41,797 nt of DNA, from positions 1 to 41,797 of the forward strand of contig JAVEBF010000038.1 in assembly GCA_051941275.1 (NCBI GenBank), given 5' to 3'. Shown here piece after piece: positions 1-10,510 of the stretch. Within the stretch, counting starts at the first letter, position 1; each line of letters starts with the position of its first letter. The notes beneath the pieces were generated by a model. The model saw nothing but the letters and a program-made list of their open reading frames with translations, made no database searches and was not told the DNA's origin. The DNA is from Dirinaria sp. TL-2023a (lineage: Eukaryota). The translations under genes and the position numbers were made by a program.

Positions 1-825
1 GTATGGATAAGCAGGGTTTCTTGCTTTAGGAGGGAAGGGAAATCGAGTTGATCATTTTGATGAATGTAGCGGGACCTTTTTTTGTTTTCTCCCTCTGCCC
101 AAGGAAACTACTGCTGCTGCTGCTTGAGGTGCAAAAGTTCCCTTCCTCCACTCACCCCTCTCGTAATCAATAACAATTTATTTCCGCCTTTCTAAAATAC
201 CCGCCAGACACAGAAGAATTCTCCTGGCGAATTGTCGTTTAGGCAGATGATATTTTTTTTTTCTAGGGCTATGTGATATTGATACGCTACTACCATGGAG
301 AGCAATGGAAGGTTGCAGCGCCATCCCTGTTTTGCAGCCCAGTAGCCATGAAAGCGTGTATGGTAGTGAAGAGGATGAGGGGATGGATTCTGGTTAAGAA
401 TACAGATATCGAGGGAAAGTCAGGAAGGAGAGGACGGTATGGGGTGAGTTGGGAGGTTGGTTGGGATTGTTTTTGAGTTTCTTTATCCCATGCGTCGGAT
501 TTGAGTTCGGATTATACGGATATTGGGGTCTAGTAATGTTTCCTTGTCTTAATCTGAAATAGGGACTCGGTGGGTGTGGTTGGACGGTCATATCCATCGG
601 ATGGATTGAACCACCCAGTAGCGCTATCTTCATTGTGTTAGAGGAGTCGCGAAGTTGTGACGTGGCTGAGATAGCAGGGTGAAAATCTGCGTTTGGGGAC
701 GGAGCATCCAAGGAGATGTGCCGTCTTGTGCCATCTTGCTTCTCTTCAGCAGTACAGTCGAATGGTTGTTCAACGTTCGTCCAAGAATGCTTAAGTATAC
801 TCATTAATGACTCGAATTCATCTGT

Positions 826-2109
826 TCAACGATACTGCTCGAACGCAAAACTCCATATCTTTTCAGCCACTGACCCAGCATGTTTGGCCATACCGCCAAA
901 GTCGTCACCTTTCGAACTCCTTCCTCCAATATGTTGCAGTAAGCTGGGAACTACGGCCCAACGAATATAACTGTTCTCATTGGCCCATTCTTCGACCACA
1001 GAGTCAGGAAAGCCACTTCCCTTTTCGTGTAATCGATCAACCAGCGATATAGCCATATCTCGCGGATAAAGCAAGCCTTGGCCACAACATCCTGATTGCT
1101 GCATCTGATGGACCCCAGACGCCAATGGGTAGAGCGCATTTCTCCCAATGAGAAAATAAAGTATGATGCAAGCTGGTACACAGGTACCGCACACGACGGC
1201 CAATGTGCGATTCGATGTATACTTGCGAAATCCAAGCATCCTAGCGAGTACCAGCGCAAAGCCAGTAGCTAAGAACACACCAACTGAGCTCAAAAGGTAC
1301 AACGGCCAGCTTTCTCTGTTGAAGCCGAAGAACTCTTCGGTATAGAATAGCCTTAGATAGAGCCAGTTAGAGCCCCTCTGGTGAGGCGTTCGAGCATTGG
1401 CGATATCAACCGCAGTCATTGTCCGATTGAACCAACCTGCAACGGCCAGAACATCGTCATCTAGAATAGCCACGTAGGGTGCACCCGTGCTGATGCATCT
1501 GTTCAGCACATATCTGTAATCCCACAATCCTTTCTCGCGGAAGTTTTTGGATCTTTCAAGCTCTTCCAAGTGCGCAGATTCTTCCTTGCTCACATTATAC
1601 GGTAAGTACTCATCAGAGAGCACCTTCGGCCATCTTTCATCAAATATTGGGTGCTGGTCCCTATGGGTCTCCGCAATAAATGTGATCAGATATAGTTCCC
1701 GTCGCTCTTTCTGATTGAGGCCTTCCAGTAGAGAACCTATCGTGCTCCGAACATATTGCTCGCCCGGACGACCTATGGTCGATATGCCAAGACATAGCTT
1801 TGAAGATGTTTGTGTGTTTGGAGAAACGGGCCTTTCCTCCGCAGCGGCGATGAAAGAAAGTGCTTGCTCCTGCCGCTTCACAGAGTACAACCGCTCATAT
1901 CCAACTCGCGGATCGAAGAACGCCGAGGTTGGGTCGCGGTTGAACGTGCAGCTGCAGTACAGGAGAGCGAAGAGGTAGACGCATACGAAACCGCAAAATG
2001 CGCGACCACCTGGAGTGTTGAAGGTGTCATGAAGTGCCAGGGCGCATACTTGGCGAAGACCCTGCCGCGTAGAATTCGTGACTAGTCGAGAAACATTGGC
2101 CAGCTTCAT
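826..2109 (-). CDS. PGAP4/TMEM246-like membrane glycosyltransferase (intronless, 427 aa)
   Basis: N-terminal TM segment. LCLGISTIGR..QYVRSTIGSLL, EKGLWDY, acidic DxD-like ILDDD and WLYLRLFYTE, then an internal two-TM hairpin, GCCGQGLLYPR and PSLLQHIG. This order matches the PGAP4/TMEM246 family as I recall it. Confidence 0.75.
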   Translation of the reverse strand: MKLANVSRLVTNSTRQGLRQVCALALHDTFNTPGGRAFCGFVCVYLFALLYCSCTFNRDPTSAFFDPRVGYERLYSVKRQEQALSFIAAAEERPVSPNTQTSSKLCLGISTIGRPGEQYVRSTIGSLLEGLNQKERRELYLITFIAETHRDQHPIFDERWPKVLSDEYLPYNVSKEESAHLEELERSKNFREKGLWDYRYVLNRCISTGAPYVAILDDDVLAVAGWFNRTMTAVDIANARTPHQRGSNWLYLRLFYTEEFFGFNRESWPLYLLSSVGVFLATGFALVLARMLGFRKYTSNRTLAVVCGTCVPACIILYFLIGRNALYPLASGVHQMQQSGCCGQGLLYPRDMAISLVDRLHEKGSGFPDSVVEEWANENSYIRWAVVPSLLQHIGGRSSKGDDFGGMAKHAGSVAEKIWSFAFEQYR

Positions 2110-2352
2110 GGCGTAAGCACACCATTACCAACTAGTTCAACGTAGCGATTGGATCGATCATCTTTGCCTTGAACCGAACATGTCCGTGGTTGCCCTTAGA
2201 GCAAATTGCCAGAGATGCCCCTTGGGAGTATTGAACGAGTATTTGATTGGTTCAGATAGGCACCTTCAGTACTCAAGCTTAGGTTGTCAAGGTACGTACA
2301 TACACTATTTTAGAGTAGGGCAATCCGGGCCGTATTGAACCGGAAGCCTCGG

Positions 2353-2371
2353 TTATCTGCTTATCTGATAA
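2353..2371. promoter_or_regulatory. GATA-site cluster including ATCTGATAA
   Basis: TTATCTGCTTATCTGATAA holds three GATAA sites within 19 bp, about 250 bp upstream of the glycosyltransferase ATG. Confidence 0.4.
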
Positions 2372-2660
2372 CAACCTCGCTATTTCTCTCTATTTCTCTC
2401 TAGACACTCCCCCTCGTCCACATAGGATAAGTATGTCGATTGGAAAAGCTCACCACGAAGATGGAGATGAGGGTACGCCTGATCTGGTTGACCGCGGCTC
2501 TTACAAGCCGAACGAATTCTAATTGAATAATGAAATTTTCATGCAGTACCGCAACTTCTAAGTCTAAGGAAATGTCTATCGAGTAGTTGCCGGTGCGACC
2601 CTCACCGTACGTCCGTGAAATCTGTCATCTTAAATTGCTTGGTGAGGTACCTCAAGCTGT

Positions 2661-3449
2661 TCACAAGGCCTCAATCTCCGCCAAGCATTTTTCAAAGTCC
2701 GCCCAGTCGTCCATAATGACCTTGACACCGAGATCCTTCAACAAGGCGTTCATCTCTCTCTGCTTCATCTCACCCTCGTAGCTACCAACATAGCCGATCA
2801 CGGGGATTCCAGCTCGGACGCCACTCAGCGCGCCACTCTTGCTATCTTCGACCGCAACACATTCACCCGGCTCCTTGCCAATGACTTTGCAAGCGTGGAG
2901 GTAGATCGCCGGATCGGGCTTGGTGGTTGGCACCGGCAGAGAAGTCGCTGCGCTGAAGATGTGATCCGGGGGGAAGAACTTGTCCTGGCCCACTTTCTCG
3001 ACCGAGGCTTGCACTCGGCTCAATGCGCTGGAAGAAACCACCGCAAGACCGTATTTCTTCTCCTTGTAGAGCTTCTCAAGTACGGGCATGACGCCCACAC
3101 AAGGCTGGGCTTTCTCCTTGAGGGTCGCAATAACACGTCCCAATTCTTGCCCCACAAGGTCGTCGACCTGCTTCGGATCAAGCGTGAACCCGTACTTCTT
3201 TTGCAGGCCCATGACCACACCGCGGAAGTTCTGGCCGACGAAATCGGCCATCAATTGAGGTCCGGTGTAGCGGTCTGCGACCCCCTTCTCTTCGAGCAAT
3301 TCATTGGAAAGTGCCGCGCAGGCGACGAATGCGAGTTCTTCGGAGAGAACGAGAGTATTGTCGCAATCGAACAATAGCTGGGTAATCTGTTGCGAGGTTT
3401 AGTGCATTATGGTTCACGGGAGGTTTTATGGGATCACTACCTTCGGCAT
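2661..3449 (-). CDS. HAD-superfamily hydrolase/phosphatase (subfamily IA, beta-PGM/CbbY-like)
   Basis: Exon 1 MPK (3449-3441), intron 3440-3387 (GTAGTG..CTAA..CAG), then ITQLLFDCDNT (motif I DxD), VVSSS (II), KPDPAIY (III) and VEDSKSG (IV). Confidence 0.9.
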
Positions 3450-3679
3450 GTTGGGCCAGCTAACGTATGGAACAGGACAGGTTGGCTGGTAGATTTTCAG
3501 ACGACTTAACGGCCAATGAAAGTGAGGTAGGAGGCGAAGGAGGAACTCGAGGGAGATACTGAAGATGATAAACCAAATTGATGTGACAGTAGGTAGTTAT
3601 AAAGGCAACGGAACATTTAATTGAAATGTTGATTACTCCGTACCGGGACGTTGAGCGCCTGTCAATACTGCATGTGGAC

Positions 3680-3722
3680 CCTGCCCAGCCTGCCGAGCCT
3701 GCCTAGCCTGCCTCGGCCTGCC
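3680..3722. repeat. Degenerate 9-10 bp tandem repeat, five CCTGCC cores
   Basis: CCTGCCCAG CCTGCCGAG CCTGCCTAG CCTGCCTCGG CCTGCC read directly. Confidence 0.8.
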
Positions 3723-4152
3723 GCTGCACGGCTGCACTCTGCAGTTGAACAGGGATTCACTCGAGGTGGGAATTCCACCCTCTGCCTTAAGGTAGGCTTG
3801 TTCTAGGGTTTAAACTTTCTCGGCTTCGATGAAAAAAGGCCCGATCCGTAAAACCGGTATCACTGCGACTTCCTGATTAAGGCACGACTCGTTCTGAAAG
3901 AGAGGTGGGGCGGTATGGATTGCTCTAAAGGAGCAGCAGCAGGAGGGATGGTATCGCAATTGCCTATTTCCGTTGAGAAAGAGATCGATTCGATCTTGAC
4001 CGAAACCAAGGGTGCTCTTCTTCTAAATCTCCTCACCTCTCCTTTTGGCAGCGAGTCCTCTTTGGAAGCTCATCCAGAACGCTATCCTTCTCCATTACCC
4101 TAGCCATTCAATATCAGCGTGCTCTATTCTTAACCGACTGCCATTCCTAAAA

Positions 4153-5345
4153 ATGAGCTCTAAAGACTTTGGACTCTATCCTTCCGAGGGGCTGAGGAGC
4201 CGGCAATCTACAAGCCTCGTCGCTCCCGCTCCCATTGCGAACTTCAAAGGCTCATTCGTCTATAAAGACACCGACACCCCTTTTGTCTCCGATGTTCCAG
4301 GTGCTAACAGCAGGGTTTCCAACTGGCTCCTGTACCTCCGACAGGGATGGACGGACATTGGAATCTGGAAAAGTGCCGTAAGCCATGGCGATATCGTTAA
4401 ATTTTTTCTCCGAAAACTGCTAAAAGGCGTAGTTTGTGGAAGCAGTGGCAACCGGCTTGCTGTGCTACCTCTCTGGCCTTATCGGTAGAACCATAAACCG
4501 TTTCTATACCGATCAAGGAGCAGCATTTGCCGCGGTCGCGAACATTTTCCTCCTGACTCTGTTCATCATGGCCGCTGGCCCCGGCTCTGGTGGCCATGTA
4601 CGATCTCCGGCGGCCGTGGATACGGCAGGAATACCAGCTAATCAGGAAACCAGGTCAATCCGACGATTACCTTCGCAACCATGTTGACTGGTTTGACTGG
4701 CTTCTCACGAGGTAGCGCCTTTTACTGCATTCTTCAGGCTTGAAACTCCCAGTAACACTTGCACTGTAGGCGTTTTATACATTATCGGCCAACTGGCTGG
4801 CTCAGCAGCAGCTGGCGGTGTTCTGCGAGGATCATTTAATCACCAGCAGTACGCCTACCTGGTCAAGCTCTTTCATGAACCAACAGACTGATTTATGGTG
4901 ATAGTAACTATGGAGCATTTTGTTCTCCGGGCCATTTGTCAGCTGTGCGGGCATTTTTGATAGAAACGTTCTCTATTTTCGCCTTGCTGTAAGCGTTGAT
5001 AGCCGAAGTGACCGATATTGCACTGATAAATGACCGAATTACAGCTTCCTGGCCTTTGGCGTCGCCCTAGACCCTCGTCAGCAGAAACTTTTCGGTATGT
5101 TTGCCGCGCCGCTTGCAGTAGGTTGCTCAGTAGGCCTCGTGAGCTTTGCCAGCGGAGCGTTGGCTTTTGGCTACAGTGGGGCCTCAATGCATCCAGGACG
5201 ATGCTTTGCGTTCGCAATAGCCAGGCATGACTTTAGCTACCAGTGGATCTGGTGGTTAGGGCCTATCGCGGGATCTTTGTTGCAGATGATTTGCTTTCGA
5301 ATAGCCCCACCGTATCACAGTACTCCTGTGCCCAGCGAACGATAG
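4153..5345 (+). CDS. MIP-family aquaporin, X-intrinsic protein (XIP)-like
   Basis: Introns 4378-4432, 4598-4653, 4712-4769, 4849-4904 and 4989-5044, all GT-AG and frame-preserving when joined. The spliced protein has FVEAVATG, SGGHVNPTITFA, LYIIGQLAGS, LIETF, AFGVALDPRQ, GASMHPGRCF and WIWWLGP. Confidence 0.88.
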
Positions 5346-5388
5346 GAGACGATAGGAGACGATAGAAGTGATAGCATGATAGCATGAC
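5340..5388. repeat. Short tandem duplications around the aquaporin stop codon
   Basis: CGATAGGAGA x2 followed by CGATAG and TGATAGCA x2, five GATAG cores in total. The first contains the TAG stop. Confidence 0.7.
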
Positions 5389-5818
5389 AATCAGACATGA
5401 TGATGACGAGGTTAGCACTTACAGCCACATAACACATGCGAGACTACGTTCAATCCGCTCTGTAGAGTTTCTTAGGTTTGGTGTCCTGCTTCGTTGAGGC
5501 CCCCATTTTCCTTCCTTGCCGCTCTCTGAAGCGCGAATAGAAAAGTAAATATTGTTGGTCAGTGGTTCATGTCCAATGCAAATGCAACTCGTTTTTTTTT
5601 TTTTTTTGCTTGGTCATGAAAACGTGCTTGAGAAAGAGCATTTTTAATCTGTTGTGTGAGGATAGCAAACACGAAAATAGAGCTTGGCTTCAGGAAGAGC
5701 TCCCCTGCCTTGTGGGAAAAGTATAGCAAGCATGAATAATGCCAACAGTTTTGAGCTGTCCATCAATACGGACGAACCTGCTACTCTGGCCCCGGCCCAC
5801 AACCAGTGTCCAACTTGG

Positions 5819-6893
5819 CTATCCATAATAAATCTCCCATGCATGCTGACGCCAGCGCTCGTATTCCTTCTGCTCCAGGAACTCTGCGAAGTGACGCTTA
5901 TCGAATTTGTCCAAAGTATAGGGCTCCCGCGGAGAGATGGCGGTGATACCGAGGAGCCTTTTCGCTCGCTTGTGCACAGCTTGTATGCAGGTGCAAAAGT
6001 GTATGCCGTGGCCAGGTTCGTGCCCGACCATCATATCATAGGGCGTACCCTCTACCCAGCCGCTCATTACAATTTCGTACGCGTGGCACATTTCGTGGAG
6101 TATAGTCTACCGTTTTATCGTATTGTTAGTGTTTTCCGCTCTTAGTAAGGTGATGCTGCAGCTAAAGACATTGCTTATAGCTTGCAGAGTCTTGATTTAT
6201 GGCGGTCCACCTCTGCTAGGTGTGACCCGATCATTGTTTGACAGCCGTGTGTTAGTCGTAGACCGATGGCAGACACGTGGACATGCTTTGATACGATCCA
6301 TTCACTCTGCAACTCCGCACAGGCCTTCAAAATAGGGATGGCCCAAGAATACGAAATAGGGAACCATGGAAGAATGCTATATCATGAGAAGAGAAATTTG
6401 GACTTACTTGCCACATGTTATGAAATGGATCCTTGGATTCTATCAGAATATCCTTAGCATTTAGCAGGATCTTGGCTTGGCCGTGAGCTAGTCTTTTAGT
6501 AGAGCCAAGGCAGACCCTGTGTTTGATGTCCGCCCATTTGACTTGACAGTTGTCCATGAGCGTGCCCAGAAAGAACAGGGTATCGAGGTCTTTGAAGGCC
6601 TTGATAACAAGATCAGGTCCCCATTGGGGATTATGCATTGCAGATCTCAGACGGACCAGAGCGGCATGTTCGTTGGGTGAGAGCGGTTTCGTAACGGAAT
6701 TGAACCTCACTAGCTGGTAAGTTTTTTCCATTAATTTGACGTATTGGTAGGGGTTGGTCGTTCCCAGATTTCTCAATCTGTCAATGTCCGTTTGAGAGCA
6801 GGGATACGGTGTCCCTGTGTCCGCTCGAGGAGGATAATGAGCGCAATCATAGAGCCAATGTCGCCACTCTGCTTCTCTTCGAGAACGAGCCAT
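5819..6893 (-). CDS. SprT-like zinc metalloprotease domain protein (~257 aa)
   Basis: Exon 1 6893-6408, intron 6407-6107 (GTAAGT..ACTAAC..TAG), exon 2 6106-5819. The join reads NMWQ-TILHEMCHAY (HEXXH) with downstream GHG..F and upstream FKDLDTLFFLGTL..VKW, which is typical of the SprT-like fold. Confidence 0.75.
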
Positions 6894-7148
6894 CGTATTA
6901 TCAGTAGCAATGCGGAAGGATACTTCTGAGGTAAAGTTGGGTTGTAAGGTTCAAGGGGGAAAGTCATTTGTGGTAGATGTGCTTTGCAGCGGCTTAAATG
7001 TCTTGGTGGATGTGTCATAGATATGATTTGTCAAGTTTGTGCAAAGGAATATAATATAAGAGCATCGTACTGACTCGTACTCGCCCAAAGCCAATGACGA
7101 AGTGATGCTGGTACATGGCTCTCACTTGCGCACATCACGATCCTTTCT

Positions 7149-7991
7149 CTATGGCTTCGAGCCACTTTCTATTTCGTTGGCCAGATCGGCCATAGCACTT
7201 TCCGGGCCGGCTGTAAGGTCATGGGCTGCTGGTGTTGAATCTGCCAGTTTGGTGATCTTTTTGATGACTCTGGCAGGATTACCGGCGACAAGGTGAAGAG
7301 CTGGAATGCTCTTCGGAGGTAATTCAGCATGAGCTGTCAAACAAGGTTCATCCAAATACATATTAATCATACCTTCGTAACTACACTTCCAGCTCCAATT
7401 ACCACCCCATCCCCTATCGTTACCCCTGGCAAGACAATGACATTGCCGCCTATCCAGCAGTCTTCACCGATGTGAATTTCTTTCCCAGACTCAGGGCCTT
7501 TAGTACCGTTGCGGATTTCAGGATCAAGAGAGTGCGTGCCGCTATAGAAAGACGCGTTAGGGCCGACTAGGGTTCGGGAGCCGATGGAAATGATGCAGCT
7601 ATCGACGAAGGTACACCCGAAATTAAAGTACACGTTCTTTCCGAGCTTGATGTGAGTTCCGTAATCCATATGAACCGGGGGAGTAACCCATGGATCATCG
7701 TCGAATTGAGCGGCGTCAGCATCGGGATCTTCCAGCGGCGGAGGCATTGGCGTATCATCTTGTTGAATACTAGCCAGGGGCCATATCAGCCCCAGATGGA
7801 TTTCTTGGTCTGGCAATCGGAACGCCTCACTTTCTCCACAGCTCTACCATTAGCCGTCTTGATATCTCCCCTGCGTTGTTCAGCTGATTGCAGGCTTTAG
7901 CACAGCGATCACGTTTCTTTATCAGCTCGGGCGAGAAAGCATAGAAGAGCTCTCCTTTCAGCATTTTCTCTTCCTGTGTATTTTCCGCCAT
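7149..7991 (-). CDS. Maltose/galactoside O-acetyltransferase family (hexapeptide left-handed beta-helix)
   Basis: ATG 7991 (MAENTQEEKMLKGELFYAFSPEL, Mac-type N-terminus), introns 7830-7770 and 7372-7311. Motifs DYGTHIKLGKNVYFNF, IGEDCWIGGNVIVLPGVTIG, GAGSVVTK and VAGNPARVIKKI. Confidence 0.92.
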
Positions 7992-8505
7992 GGCTCACGT
8001 TCCTTGCTTGATTGTTTCCCTAAACAACAAAAGCAACAACTTTGAAATAGCAGGCGAAGACCTCGCAGCAAATCAACTTGAAATTTCGAAAGCGCGCTGA
8101 GGCTCTGCGGGAGTGCGGGTGGTGCGACTATCGACTATTCGACTATCGAGGTATACGGCTACGAGCAGTGCCAAGATGACAGGGGTAGAAATACTTTTAG
8201 GGTACTGATCGTGTGATAGATCATACCTAGAGGCAACAAGACTTTTTGGAAGTCAAAAGTACTGTACAAATTACAATACATCCACAAGAGGTTTCAGGTC
8301 GAAGCCAAGCTCATCAGCTATTTTAGTGGAAGCTTGACCCTCCCTGCAGAAAACCATATTTCTTGATCAAATACTTATGAAGCTACTCTCCTCTCCCCAA
8401 TGCTTGCGACGATGTTCTCGTCCTGTACAAGGATGTTGAACGCTGCAGTACATCGGTAATGCAGGGAAAAGCAAGTCAACCAACGCAGCAACGTCAACGA
8501 CCGCA

Positions 8506-9461
8506 ATGACATCAACAGGGATAACCCTCGACTCGCCGAACCGTCGCGATCCCTTTACCATCGTCACCAACCACGCGGACAACTACACAAACGGACACCC
8601 TCCGAGCCCCGACTCCTTGTCCTCACCAGACACGCCAAAACCTCAGATTCCTCCAGCCTTCGATCTTCCCGCCATCTCTCTTCGCGCCTTCTCCCTTGGC
8701 CTCGTTCTCGGAGTATCTACCTTGGTGGCCGCCCTCCTGGCCATTTCAAACCAGCCATTATGGCGGCTCCCCTTCTTTGCCTCCACGCTGTCTCTTTTCC
8801 ACTTCCTCGAGTATCAAATCACCGCCGCATACAACCCTTCCGCTGCCACGGTGTCAGCCTTCCTCCTCACTTCGAATGGCAAGGCGTACAATGTTGCACA
8901 TGGTCTTGCGTTCCTGGAGTGCGCCTTGCGGCTTCTCTTGATCCCCTCAGCCACAAAACATATCCTGCAACTCATCTCAATACCTGTCGATGACGGAGCA
9001 CTTTCTACCATACACAATCTACGGCTCGCCACGGGCTTTGGTCTGCTTGTAATCGGCCAGGTCACGAGGACAATGGCCATGGTTCACGCTGGCAGTAATT
9101 TCAATCACACGGTACAGATGAAAAAGAGACACGGCCATTTCCTCGTCACAGATGGGATCTACGCTTGGCTGAGACACCCGAGCTATTTCGGGTTCTTCTG
9201 GTGGGGTCTCGGGACCCAGGTGGTGCTGGGCAATGCTTTCTGTCTAGCTGGATACACGGTAGTGCTCTGGAGGTTCTTCAGACATAGGATTCGAGGTAAG
9301 TCTTGCTATTGGTACTCGTCACACCTGTGAGAACGGTTGGAGAGTGTGTGTGCTGACGTGGACCTGTATTAGAGGAGGAGAAGCTGCTCGTTTCTTTCTT
9401 CGGTAATGACTATACGGAGTATCGGAAAAAGGTCAAGACTGGGCTACCCTTTTGTCCTTGA
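8506..9461 (+). CDS. STE14: Protein-S-isoprenylcysteine O-methyltransferase (ICMT)
   Basis: LFHFLEY, AGSNFNH, HFLVTDGIYAWLRHPSYFGFFWW. Intron 9296-9372 gives the C-terminus RIREEEKLLVSFFGNDYTEYRKKVKTGLPFCP*. Confidence 0.95.
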
Positions 9462-10510
9462 TGATTTGGTGCTAACATTGCCGCGGCGCAATGGATGCGG
9501 GCATCTGTTCGTGTTAGCAGCAACGTGGATGTCGTGGTATTCTTATGCACTTCATTGACATCCGTCCACTGTGTAAGTACGGGAAAAGGAATAATACCCG
9601 CGAAAATATGGCATGCAGAATACAGAATACTTCTAATCTCGGGTAAAAAATGCATACCCGACTATGGGGCAAAGGATCTTTTTTTTTCTCCCTTATTACC
9701 TATCTTTTCACGCGTTTGTTGCAGGTTCGATTCTTACTGTTTTTCATCATTAATTTACAAGTCTTCTCTAAACAAAAAAGCAGCACGTGGACTCTCTTAA
9801 CTTTTTCCTGACTTTTAACAATTTGCCTATTAGACGATGGCACTTTGGGAATGAACCAGTCCATCGTCGTTTCCTTGAATCGTCTTTGCTTGGAACTCTC
9901 ACCCTGCCAGGGCAGAGGAAAAAGAAATGGATATAGTTAAAATCTGACGCATTAAAGGGGACGAAATGCATTACCAATGTGGTAAACAGAGTACCTACAT
10001 TAGTGAGCACAGAGGAGGGCGGTGTGGCGGCAGTGTGACCCTAAAATATACAGATATCGATTCTCGGTCCGTACTGCTAGTCTCTATACAATTGATGGGT
10101 TCTGGCATACTTGATTTTCTTTTTCCTTCCCAATTTTTCAATGGACACCCATCATGAATTTCTTCGAGACATTCGGGATGAGTATCCCGTTTTTGGCTTG
10201 TACGCTTGAGAAATCCAGGTACCATCCGTGGCCATGGAAGCCTTCGTCCTATCCAGGGACCAATGTAGACTAAGCGGAAGGGGATCTTCTTACAGATGAG
10301 GTATTGGAAGCAGTATACCAATATGTGAGTACTGAGAATTGGTCAAAGCTTTGTCGAAGTAAGGGCACTTGACTAGGCGTGCCGCAATGGGAGGAGGGAA
10401 GCCAGAAGTTAGATACTCTTCCCAGATTAGTTCCATGAGGAGCAGATAGACCAGATCACGGTTTAAGCTAGGGCGTGATATTGCAGCTTCATGGAGCCAT
10501 TCGCAGGCCT

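Noticed and set aside
273..804. ORFs 273-476 (+) and 394-804 (-)
   Set aside because: No recognisable motifs, and the low-complexity G/T-skewed sequence explains the open frames. Probably UTR or intergenic.
3680..5388. Short tandem repeats as CRISPR-like arrays
   Set aside because: Units are 8-10 bp with no unique spacers, the context is eukaryotic and there are no cas genes.
5684..6145. 153-aa plus-strand ORF
   Set aside because: Antisense shadow of the SprT-like exon 2, with a TTG start and no motif.
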